From Balanoglossus misakiensis (taxonomy: Eukaryota > Animalia > Hemichordata), in the NCBI GenBank assembly GCA_040954595.2, contig CM082578.2:835740-899739 (forward strand): a DNA stretch of 64,000 nucleotides, given 5' to 3'. Positions 14,201 through 26,900 of the stretch are shown here, piece by piece. Position 1 is the stretch's first letter; every line of letters begins with the position of its first letter. The position numbers and the translations under genes were made by a program. The notes beneath the pieces are model-generated. The model was not told the origin of the DNA. It did not search any database and was given only the letters and a program-made list of their open reading frames with translations.

Positions 14201-14707
14201 GGACATGACACAACTATTTTGGTAATTTTGGCAATGACCCTTGACCTATTTCTGAAACATCATTTTTCTGCATATCTAATTCCAGGCTAACCAATAGGGC
14301 TAGAGGTCTGGTTTTAGTTGGACATGGCCCACTCCGGGGTCAAAATTTTATGCCCAAATTTTGGGTGACCTTGGATGACCTTTGATCTAATTTCCCATAT
14401 CTCAGCATCCACAGCAGTTAGAGTCCTGGCTTTTGGAGGGCCGATGGAGCAGATATGGAGTCTTACACAAGACCTCATTAATTATGCGCATACCTAATTA
14501 TAGGCGAACCAATAGAGCTAGGTGTTTGGTTTTTGTTGGACCTAGACTAGTATGGGGTCCGATTTTTTTGCCCAAATTTGGGGTGACCTCAGGTGACCTT
14601 TGACCTACTTTCCAATATCTTGGTATCCACAGCAGATACAGCCTTGGCATTTGCTTGTTACCATGGGAACCGCTTGTGCCCCGCCAACGCTGCTTGCAGC
14701 TTTAATT
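4026..14707 (+). mobile_element. Stack of non-autonomous Helentron-associated (HINE/DINE-like) elements
   Basis: Six bodies ending at about 6689, 8817, 10249, 11667, 13548 and 14707, each with subTIR gcttgggccc plus stem-loop gctgct(t/c)gcagc-tttaatt, a pyrimidine microsatellite start, aaaatcttcttctccagaacc motifs and a variable number of ~237-bp internal repeats. Confidence 0.82.
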
Positions 14708-14944
14708 GTATTTTGCATTTTCTCACGGTGGCGACCATATTCCTTTGCGGCGAAGATTTATTATTTGTCTGGTTTAAACTTGCATATGCACTCATACTTA
14801 GGGTTCATAATACTTGTACATAGTTCAGTGCATACTTCTGTATGGGCTAAAGGTGGTGCAGTTTGAAAAAAGTGTGATAATTTCCCAAAAGTACCAGCTG
14901 ATGCACCGATTTATGTCTAATCTCTGTTTTGAATTTCTTGGCAG

Positions 14945-17900
14945 CTTAACCCAAGTTGATAGTACCCTTCTTGTCCTGGACAGAAGTCTATCTGTCAGTA
15001 CAAATGGTGTAACCGTATCAGTTGATGACAACTCGTGGCATAATGTTGTCATGGTAATTGAAGAAGGCATTGTGGCAGTTTACTTGAATGGTGTTGCAGT
15101 AACATCACCCCTTCCATCCTGGACAGGTATCGCTAACTCAGAAAAGTAAGTTGCTAGTAGAACTCCGAACATTTTTAACTCCTACAAAGCCATAGAAAAT
15201 TGTCATCATCACATGTTAATATTCTATATTTTTCTATACTGTCAAGTTTTCCCAAGCCTCAAGAGAAGTGAACCATTTATTTGTGAAGCAGTTATCTTGT
15301 TTATAACTTATCTGCTAGGTAGCTTGTCTTACTCCTACATGACGATACAATATCATCATAACATGTTGCGACTTACAACAAAACTGGCCAAAAAAATCAA
15401 GGGAGCTAACTATGGACATCAGCAAAGCTATCTTCGTGGCACTTTCAAATTCAAACTTATGCGGAACGATACTGATTTTCACAGTTTATTTTTGACAACT
15501 TCTTACCAGCACTTTTAATGAATTCATTATTCTCTTGTTTTTCAACAGCTGTATGGTAATTCTTGGTCAAAGCTATGACGAAAATGGACTCCTTGACAAC
15601 TATTTTAGCTTCCATGGTGATGTTACACAGATGAATGTATACGATTATGTATTGACTCCTGTTGAAATCCAGAGTCTGGCTTTGAACTGTTCACAAAGTC
15701 CACTTGGCAATCATGTCATGTGGGTTGAAATGGATCAAGAGTTATTGGGAAGTGTGGTCAAAATCCAGCCATCAGCTTGTGGAAGTACCAGGTGCCCAAT
15801 TGGTTACTCTGGTTCACCATGCACACCTGTTGGTAAATAGCCTTATTCATTACTATCAAACAATTTTATGCATAATCTGATGAGGAGAAATTGGGTCATA
15901 TTCACAGAGTTGATTAATCCTAAATCCTTACTTTAACACAGCTCTCCTTGTAATGTTGTGTCTGTCCAGGGAAAACTGTGTGAAATTTTGAGTAGTTTTT
16001 CCTGTGTACATTCACCAGCCCCTAGCTGTTGTGTGTTGTACTCCAATCACACAGCCTGCAATCTCCCTACTTTAGGAAGTATAGGGAATCATCATCTGCC
16101 CATGCCTGTATCGCTCACTCTTTTTGTTTCTACCGTACATGTATTTAACACTGAATGTAATGATACTATTCACAACCAACATCACCATCATCATCATCAT
16201 AATCATCATCACCACCACCACCACCACCATCATCATCATCATCGTCATCATCATCACCATCATCATCATCAGTTTCTGCTGTTCCAAGAACTAGGCTTAT
16301 CATGAGTGTAATTGATCATATCAGTTATTATGCCTATGGATACCATCTCATGACTCCTGTCCTATCTTGTAGTGTTTCTTGACAGTGATCTAGTCTATTC
16401 ACATGTATCAGAAAACAAGCACTTAACAATATCTGGATTTCTGAATATGTGACAGATATTAACATCTAGTAGTGCATTTACCTAAATGTACCAGTGTATG
16501 CATAGGGGGTGTGGACCAGTTGTTTAATTTACAAACATTTGTTATTCTTTCACTTTTTTTTCTTCAGATAAACACGCTCCTGAAGTCATTTACTGTCCCA
16601 ATACGACCCGTATAATTAGTCCTAATAGCTTGACAACAGGAGTATGGCAGGAGCCTATATTTACAGATGATGTCGCCATTGCCAATGTGACACAAACCTA
16701 CACAATGGGTAAGTTTCCTATAAAATATCATTTCTGATTATAGATAATATATAACATTCACACTAACTAAGTTTTTTTTATCGGGGTGGGGTGGGGAGTT
16801 GATCTAAACAGAAACCAACAAGCTGAGACAACTTTCCTAAGATTATGGTCAGTATGAAGCATACTGGTACAGTTTATACTTGTGGCCGTTACTCATATAT
16901 GGCTAGCACATCCTATGTGCGACAGATGATCTTGCTTCCAAGTATTAAAGCCTCAATTGCTGATACTATTACCATATGTTTATAGGCCCTTTCCTCGATC
17001 CCAGGGCAGTACAATGAAGTTAAAACTCGAAAGCATTTGTGTTTGCACGTAATTGTTTATTGGAAACAAAAGATTTGACCAACTGTTGAGCAAGGCCTTT
17101 AATCAGTAAAGTACTTAATATTCTCCACTACTACTGGGGATACCCATACCACAAATGTTGTGTTCTCTTACAATGGGCAGTTGAATAAACGTGTGCGGCA
17201 CCATATCTGTTTAGTATACATATCTTGTTCATGTTTATATGTACAGTCACAATCAGGAGTTGATAATATGCCTGTGTATACCCACCAGATAGCTCACTTA
17301 AATGGACCATTCTAAGTTTGAAAAGAAAATCATGAAAAACATTCAAGAAACGGAAGCTATTTTGGCTTTAGCACCCATGCCTGTAATGATGTGCATAATT
17401 TTGTTCTTACAGGTGACACCTTTTCCTGGGGAACCTACCAGATCAGCTATGTTGCTTCAGATACAGCTGGCAACAATGCACAGTGCAACTTTTTACTCTA
17501 TGTACTGCGTGAGTGAATTTTTTTATCATTCATACATAAACTTTACAAATTAATTAATATCTTGACAAATTGTTATCTCTACCCCTTGTTATGTCTTGTC
17601 ACATACTGTAAAACGGGACATTTTCGTGACAGAAAATATTTTGCAATATATCAAAAGAGGCAACTGTGACACGAGAATTAAATTTCCGCATTCTAGTATT
17701 TTACTAACTACTCTGTTATCTCTGAAAAACATTTTATGCGACTTTATTTTCTTCTTCTTTTTTGCCGAAGTTTGGGAAAATTTGCCGTTTTACAGTAATA
17801 TGATTGCATCATTATCACTTTTGTCCCTATGTAACTATCAAAAATTATAACAACATCATTCAGAACATACAAGGACACTCAAACCCGTCTAAAACAAACC

Positions 17901-20900
17901 CTGTCTAATCGGGAAACCTCTCTTCAACCAACAGTTTTTCCTAGTCCCTTTTACATAGAAACATGTTAATGTGTTGGTGTTCTGTTTAAAAGATTTGACT
18001 GTGTAATAAATATGGTTGTCACACATACACCATTAAGACAGTTCTGAAGCATCTCAGAATTGATACTGTCTTAAAAAACATGTGTGGACGGTGTAAGTGG
18101 TCCTGAAACGTCTCAGATTTGAGACGGCTCTGCCAGCCAGACCTGAGCCGGTGTAAGGATTAACACCTCTCCGCAACCCATTGTCTATGGGGCCGAGCCT
18201 CAGCGCCCATACATAAACTTTGTGTGTGTGGACACAACATGACTCAAAGGATTAATGCTCTGTGGTTAGCACTGGCAAATAGTGTCTCAAATTTTACCCT
18301 GTGTGAACCTGGTAAAAGAGGCATTGTGCCCTAGTGGCTAGGGTTGTGGGTTCGTTACCTAGACCTGGGCATTTGGGTAGTATTTGCCTGTTGGATGATA
18401 TATGAGACACAGACATTTGGGTAGTATTTGCCTGTTGGATGATAGATGAAATAAAATTAAAAATATATAGACAAATAAACTGTGTTCTCCTTTCTTTTAC
18501 AGCATTTGATTGTGAAAAGCCAGCACCACCAGTTAAAGGTATTTCCATCTGTAATGAGTTTGAGTCGGGTGTGTTCTGTCAGGTGGATTGTTTACCAGGA
18601 TACAAGTTTGCAAGCCTGCCAGCACCTTACTATCTCTGCCATAGTGAAGGATATTTTAATCCTGAGAATCCAGACGAGGAATTCACCTTCCCTGGATGTT
18701 CAGGTGAGAAAAAAATGATTTGGTATCAGTAAAGAAATATAATCAGGTTGCACATGCACATTCAGAAAATGCTCCAAAGAGAGAGAGTTGTGAGAGGGGG
18801 TATTCCAGCATTGAGACAATTTTCTTTTAGTTATAAATGAAAAGAGAAATATGAGTAATGCAAATTCTTGCTTTACAGTATGTCAAGGTTGTGATTACAG
18901 GTAGATAATTTGTTAACATCATATCTGCTTACCCCAATATAAAGCTCCAGTACATTTGAGCTATTTTCTTAATATTTTGTTCTGGGTAAGCAGCTGTAAC
19001 TTTCCTGATTGGCTAATCGGTTTCGCAGTCTAAGTCAATACATCGTTCGCTAGATTGAAAATTGCATCTTTAACAAAATTTGTTTGTTTGTATTGTTCTA
19101 CTGCAGCTCCTGGGAAGACTCAACGTGGAGTGAATTGTGGCGTGTCATACAATTCACAGGCTGGTACATGTAACAATGGTGTCATCCAGCAATTGAGGAT
19201 CAGTTTTATGAACACTATCAACTATCTGAATGATTTGTTTGGTATTTGTGGCGGTGAATGCAACTTTGATGACCTTGAAATAACCTGCAATGCCTCAAAC
19301 CGAAGAAAGAGACAGGCTGATACTCAGCTTGTGGTTCAGTTCAGTTTCACAACCAATGCGTGAGTAGTAATTGTAATTTTTCGAGTATTTTATTCCCCTT
19401 CTGTTCTATTGAAATGACTTTGGTGACATGTCTAGGGTACTGATCCCAGGCTGTGTGAGGACCAGCTCTGTATTCCCTATACAGCTGGTGTTTGCATTAT
19501 TGCAAAATATTCCATTCATGCAAGTGAAAACAAATTATTTTGTGTCTTAACACTCAAACATTTTCAGTTTTTGGCAACCCCATCATTTCTGCCCACCTTC
19601 CTTCATGTTGCGGCATCCTGTATTCTAAAGATTCGTGCATTCGAAATATACTGCAAAACGTGTTATTTTCGCGAGCAGTAAATTTCTGCAAAACATGCGC
19701 TGGTCAAAAAAACGTTAAAATAAAAAGTTGTGTAAAATGTTTTTGGAGATAATGATGCAGTTAGTGAAATACGAGAACTCGAAAATTCGTCCTCACGTAA
19801 CAGTCGCCTCTTTTAATATCGCGAAAATTTCCTGTCGTGAAAACAACCCAGTTTACAGTACACACTTCTGGTTGGTATTGTAATGTGGCATATGTAAGAA
19901 TTTTTTGCCTGTTGTTTTATCCATTAGCTCTGCTGATGCTGCAGCTGTAGTTATTGAAGATGCAGTCAAGAATGGTACTTTTGATACAGCTGAATATTCG
20001 GTCGACGCTGAGACATTACAAGTTGAAAGTACAATATTCTGTTCCAATGGTAGTGTTCTTGTTGGAGAAGAATGTGGTGAGTGCCTATACTCCTCAGTTG
20101 TTATGTACTTTAACCCTTTCACTCCCAGTTTCCTCTATAGAGGTCAAACCTTACCATAGAAAACAATTGGTTTGGACTGAACCATGGTGGTGAAAGGATT
20201 AAAACTGTGTCCAAAATTAATATTATAAAAAGGTGTAGATGTTAATATGTTTATATCGCCTGATATGACCTGTTAGGTGGGCCGTATTGCTGCAAGTGTG
20301 GTTGTGAGTCGCAGTGTACAAATCAAAGACAAGTGTGAGTGGTAAATAAAACCCAACCAAGAGGTGATATAAGGAAATAATTGATTTGATATGCTCATAC
20401 CAAGGAGGGACAAAGTCTCTTTCTCGCTGCCCTTTTTCCATTAATTATGTTTGATAGAAGACACAGTTAATGTTATTCTACATGTGGATATATAGTGAAT
20501 CAACATTCAACCACACACAACTGCCATCCCACTTGTAGACACAAGAGTGAAAAACTGGCCAAAATGAATGCTGTGTGTTACAATTGTAGTTGTGTTTTAA
20601 ACCATTAATGCATAATGATCAGTACATGAACAATGTATACATCTGCCTTCAACATTTTGTATTTCCACAGTATTGTGTCCTGAAGGGTCGTACCATGACA
20701 CTGAGCTGAGTCAGTGCCATCCTTGTGCAATTGGATATTATCAACCCCTTGAGGGACAAACAGCATGCAATGCCTGTCCAAATTAAAGCTGCAAGCAGCG
20801 TTGAAGGGGCCCAAGCATAGAGTTAATAACCATTAGACTCCATTCAGGGTTGTACCATTCAAATGCGTAGGCTGTATTTGCTCTGGATGTGGAGATATGG

Positions 20901-23900
20901 GGAAGTAGGCAACCACCCGAAATGGATGTCTTACAAGTACAAACACAACAACCAAAGGTGAACTTCTACGTTGTAAGTACTTCAGTTACTTCAAAGGTCA
21001 GCTGAGGGTATCCAAAAATTGGGCCAAAAATTAGGATTCTTATTTGGTTCATATTCAAGACAACGGAAAATCCTCGCTGTTTGGGTTTGTCAAATTAGAT
21101 ATGGCCATAATAATGAGTTACGCAAGTAAGTTACAGGTAGCCCCTAAAATTTAGCATTTCATGACGCAGAGGGTCCTACCCTACCCCTCCAAACACCTGG
21201 CTATACATGATGTGCATGCTAACATATGGAAAGCAGGTCAATGGACACCTGATGTCACCCAAAAATTTGACAAAAATGTTCATTCCTGTTTATGTCATGT
21301 GCAAGAAATCCTACATTTGCAGCCCTTTCACTTAGCCTACCATTAGGTATGCACGTAATACATGAATCAAGCAGGTGTCGCAGGTATCCGCCTGTATTTG
21401 GCATTTCATGATAGTTTCGCTCGGAATACCAAAGCTGCACTTGTACAACGGGCTGAGATATGGCACTGTACGACAGAGGTCATCCAAATCAACTTATACA
21501 TTTGGGCAAAAACAAACTGACACTTACATTCGTCCCTGTGGAACAAAAACCACACCTATTGCCCTGTTGGTTAGGCTGCATTCACAAACACCTCTGGAGG
21601 GGGGTGGGCAGGAGAATTGAGGGGGGGATTTGAAAAAATTTAGGGTATGTAAGGGGGGGATTTGAAATAATTTTGGGACTGTAAAGGGGGGGGGCTTGAA
21701 AACTTTGAGGACTAAATATTTATTTTGAGTCCACAAAAATGCAGTTTTGAACCCTTCATAATACAACATTTTCTAATGTGGGAGGGGAACACCCCCTCCC
21801 ACACCCACCCCCGTCATTCATCAGCACCTTTAAATCATTGACTGTTTTATCTAGTGTCCCAGGTCAGGGGACTTGCCCCCACCCCATGATAACTTTGAGC
21901 AGCGACGGTTAAATTTGTCCTCCCCAACATACCGGTAGTTGAGTTAATTTGCTTTTGCCGGGTTCATTAAAATGCAGTTGTGAACTCTGTATTTTATAAA
22001 ATTTTCGTACGTGGGAGGGGGACACCCCCTCCCAAACCCACCCCCTTCACTTCTCGATTTACAATGTCTCCCAACACAGAATACTAAGTTAAAAAAAATA
22101 GAAACAATTATGTTCAGTTTTAATACCCACTGATAAGGGGAAACATCAGTTTCAAATTCTTTTCATGAGAGCGCTGTTTTTCTTTTTTACAAGATAGATA
22201 GGTGATGTGTTTTGCTGTGTGAAAGAAAATTGGGGGGGGGGGGGGATTTGAAAATTTTAGCAGTTCGGAAGGGGGGGATTTGAAAATATTTCGGGTTGTT
22301 GAGGGGGGCATGTGAAAATTAACGGTAAAAAAAATTGAATTCTCCTGCCCCCCCCTCCAGAGGTGTTTGTGAATGCAGCCTTAGTGTCCAATTAAATGTA
22401 CAAAATCAATGACTTAGGCAGGTGCAACAGGTGACCCCGCCTTTGGTATATCTTTATGGTCCCATCCCTATATGCCCCCCCCCCCCACGCCAAAGCTGCA
22501 TGCATCTGCTGTGGATGCTCACTAAGCAAAAGTAGGTGAAATGTCACATAAGATCGCCCATAAGGCTGCATTCACAAACACCTCTTGAGGGGGGGGGGAG
22601 AATTCAATTTGTTTTACCGCTAATTTTCACATGCCCCCCGTACACAACCCGAAAAATTTCAAATCCCCCCCTTCCGAACTGCCAAAATTTTGAAATCCCC
22701 CCTCCCCATTTTCTTTCACAGAGCAAAACACATCACCTAGTATCTATCTTGTAAAAAAAGAAAAACAGCGCTCCCATTTTTTAAGTATTTGTATCCTGTG
22801 TTGGGAGACATTGTAAACCGAGAATTGAAGGGGGTGGGTTTGGGAGGGGGTGCACGTAAGAAAATTTTATAAAATACAGAGCTCAAAGCTGCATTTAATT
22901 AGAAAATTTTGTAAAATAAAGGGCGCGAAACTGCATTTTTGTGGACTCAAAATAAATATTTAGTCGTCAAAGTTTTCAAGTCCCCGCCCTTTCAGTCCCA
23001 AAATTATTTCAAATCCCCGCCTCAATTCTCCTGCCCCCCCCCCCCTCCTGAGGTGTTTGTGAATGCAGCCTAACTTGACAGGAAAATCGGACTTCATATT
23101 GATCCATTTGCAACAAATACCACACTAGCATCCCTTTCATTGACCCCACAATTACGCATGCACATAATTGAGTTACGCAGGTGTCACAGGTGACCCCCGA
23201 ATCGGGCGTATTATTTTGGTCCCATACAGCTGCATGAAGCTGCGTGCCATTACGGGCGATCTGATAACCCCCACGGCCACCTGCGGGCCAACCCCCATAC
23301 TGAACGTTCAGTTGCAACGTCACGACTGAAGTAGGAACTGTTGAACGGCAAAGAAGCCTGATCTCTGATTATTGCTGGTACCATACTCCCTTCGTGCAAG
23401 AAAATCATTGGTCTGCTGCCGCAATACATTGAATGTTAACCAGTGCAGGTATTTAAGGGTGTCGAAAAGACAAGAGTGAGGGGCCAAAGTGCGGGACACG
23501 CACAGTGCAATAAATGGCACTCTGCGGGAATTCACGCACAATGCAATATATTCGACTCTGCGGGAATACGCACACTGCACAAGATGTGGGAGGACCCTTG
23601 GCTTTGATTACATTTGAATTTCGAGGAGTTCGATCGTGTTTTTGACAACGTCCGACGACATTCGGGCGAATGATCGGGCGATCAACCACCCACGATCGAC
23701 ATTTTCTACTTTCATGTTGCATTTCGAGGAGGTCGATCGTGTTTTTGACGATGTCCGACGACATTCGGTCGTTGAAAATAATAAATGATCGGGCGATCAA
23801 CCACCCACAATCGACATTTTCTACTGTCCTGATGTTGCATTCGTAAGTGGTAAACCCAATGACCAACAGAGCAAGGTCCGTTCCCTGCGTGTCGGATCAC

Positions 23901-26900
23901 ATCCCATCGCGCAACAATTTCGCTGGAGACTGTCGCTGCACTCACGCCATATGCACATCTTTGCGTTCTAATTCGAGCGGGAAGTGAGTTATCCCGTCTA
24001 TGCTTGTTCCGGAAAACCCGTGTTATGACGTCAAGGTCATTCATTGATACAAGATCGCACTGTTGACGTGCGACGCGTTTGCAAATCAAAATCCACGCAA
24101 ACGATTTTCCGGGCAGGACTATGACATGTTCACAGGATGAATGCACTGCAAAAAACGTGATGTCTGCAGAGCATGTATGTGCCATCACCCATATGACAGG
24201 CTGCAGCTTCATGAACACGAGCTAGAAACAAAGGCCATGCGTATGTACGTGTGCACGTTCCGTGTCTTCTCCTTGCTATATGCATTCGCGTTCCGAAAAC
24301 ACACGGTAAAACTCATCAAAATGTGTTGTTATTTTATATGCGATGTCTGTACAGTGTGCACGCAATTTTCGCCTTTTATGTGCCAAATAAACTATTGAAA
24401 CTACTGTTGTCATGCTCTTGTCTTGGTATTTTTCTTCTTCTTGGCATCGCTATTAAACCTCTCTTGTACATATACGTTCAATTTTAGAGATAACGTGTAG
24501 GCCCCCTCAAAGAAAGCCGGTTGCCCCCTCAAAGAAAGCCGGTGTTGCTAGTTTGGCATTTGTTGCTAGTATTCTGAATATCTCCCCTGTGACAGCACAA
24601 GTCCACGAGCACCTGTGGTCCGAGGTCTGGGACCGTCGATTTTAAGTGTGTTAAAAGTAAAGCAAACTTAACCTCAAAACTGAATATTTTCCCTATACTT
24701 GAACATGCATAATTACAATAGAATAAATTAAAATAAAGGCTAAATGAAATCAGATCTTTAAACCAAATAGTGTTTTGAATAGAGCAATTACTACTCTATA
24801 TCATATATAAAAGACAAAACAAATACATTAAAAAAAATTTTCCAAGTGTCCAAAAAAATTATTCTTTTGTTTTTATACATGTTAAGTCTATGGGCATTAT
24901 TTCAGTCTATTTTGCAACAACATTTGGAATACTTAATGGCGTCCAATCTCAAAAGTGTAAACTTTTTTATATTCTAGAACATCTCATGATGGTTTCTGGA
25001 AAGTTTCATCTTTGAAATGCTTAAAATAAAAAAATAATCTTAAAAAAGCAAAGTGTATATTAAAAAAAGCTAATTTACAGCTAATTTACAGAAGTTTGCT
25101 TTTTGGTCAAAAAAGTGCTTTTATGTTAAAATATTTAAATGTAACTTTTGTCAAGAGTTTATAGATAGACACTCTACTTGTGTACCAAATTTCGAGGTCA
25201 AAGGTCAAAGGATAATGAAATCCGACATAGGTAAACCAACAACTATAAGCAATGGCGAAGTTGACCTTGACCTTCGAATTTCAAAATTTTTTCACCACAC
25301 CACATTAAAACAACTTATTATCAATCTATCCTGTAATTTTCAGTGGTTTCCAACTATATTAAGGGGGTGACACCGCGTACCCTAAAAAGTATGTTTTTTT
25401 CAATAGGTTTTTCCGCAATAACTTTTCAAGGTCAAGTTCAAAGTTGGTCAAATTTTAGTATGTTATAAAACTCGCCGAGACCTTTCTGAAAATATATAGT
25501 TTGTTATGGTTTATGTAAAATTTAAAAGTACCTACCAAGAAATCCGTCCATGCACAATTTGGACTTGCCGTCTGGAGCAACTTGCATATACCCACCAAGG
25601 CATTTTTTTGGCCTTTCTAAAAATGTTTTTTTTTAAAGGCTGGGGTTAGACAGGGGACCAAAATCAATAACAACAACCTAAAAGATAACAAAATAAATCC
25701 AAACAATTTTTTCTAACCCTCTTTTTTTGGCCAAACAAGACATAAGTTGGGCATTGGGGGACTCGACCTTAAAAAACATGGAAGGGTTGACTTGTTTTTG
25801 TTGATATTTTTTGTTGTTGTTGTTTACATGTTTACCTACATTGTATCAAAAGGAGGGGTAAAAAAAACATTGGCAAGGCAGTAGGGTTAGAGCCCGAAAT
25901 CTCAGGTCCCCTAATGCCCGTTGGACCCTAATTAGGGTTAGGGTTAGGGTTAGGGGGTTTAAGATCACATACTGGTACATGTGTATGTTTTGTGAGTTGT
26001 GTGATGTATTTTGTAGTACAAGGGATGTCAATACATCCATACAGGAGTGCCTATATGAGCGCAAGTCTCTTTTCAGGATTTCTCTGTAACACTTCAAATT
26101 TTTGACATTATCGGTGTCATCCTTGCACAAAAATTAATGACCCTCCCCTTGACAAGTGCCCAAAACGTAGCGGCCGTCCCCCAAACCGTTGCATGAGAAA
26201 TGGTGACCCTCCCCCCAATCGCACCGGCCCTCCCCCCTTGTTAATTCTGACCAGGCCCTTACCGCGCGGCCGATGCCTCCCCTAAGTTGGCAGTAGTTTC
26301 GACTAGAATTTCCACTGCAAACCAAAACATGGTTCATGCACGCAAACTTATGTAAGAGTAAAAGCTCGGGTCATCAGTAACATGTGTCTGAAATATTGCA
26401 TTTTCTTGTGTGAAAGTTTTGCCATCCAACGTGCATGTAAGGCTGTGCATGAATGTACATTGTACTGCACTGTAAACTTGGACATTGCATTACCGCAAGG
26501 ATTTAATTTCATTCCACCAACAAATCAGGGCCATGGGCAGATATTCACCCATTTAGGCCGAAACCATCACTTTTAGCTTTCAATAGTTAACATGACTTTA
26601 GTTGGGGTCTTAATCGGCAACGGGGCTGAAATCGGCAGCTTTACCTGCCGATCTTATCCCTTAGAAGCCATGGTTTGTTTGTCAAGGCATGCGCGGGGAC
26701 GTATTCGGCATGGTGCCGAATTCGGCACAACACCGGGACTAAAATAAAATGTTTGCTGATAAAAATGTTAATGGTGTTGCATCATTTTGTCGTTCATCCT
26801 GGAGTGACTGTGATCCTGTCAATCATATTGCGACAATTATTTTTTTCAAGGTTGTACCAATAAAAACCTAACATATCCAATAGTGTTTGTCGTTTATTTA

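Noticed and set aside
3870-14866. Many short ORFs (LGPYWFRW, RRLWRPYWI types)
   Set aside because: Translations of non-coding repeat units, open in several frames and on both strands.
15958-16305. Poly-histidine ORF
   Set aside because: Intronic (CAT/CAC)n microsatellite; no splice support.
18310-18372. tRNA gene
   Set aside because: Only a degenerate B-box-like ggttcg; no cloverleaf; at most a SINE remnant.
25931-25955. Telomere or chromosome fusion site
   Set aside because: Only four units, one orientation, inside a transposon.
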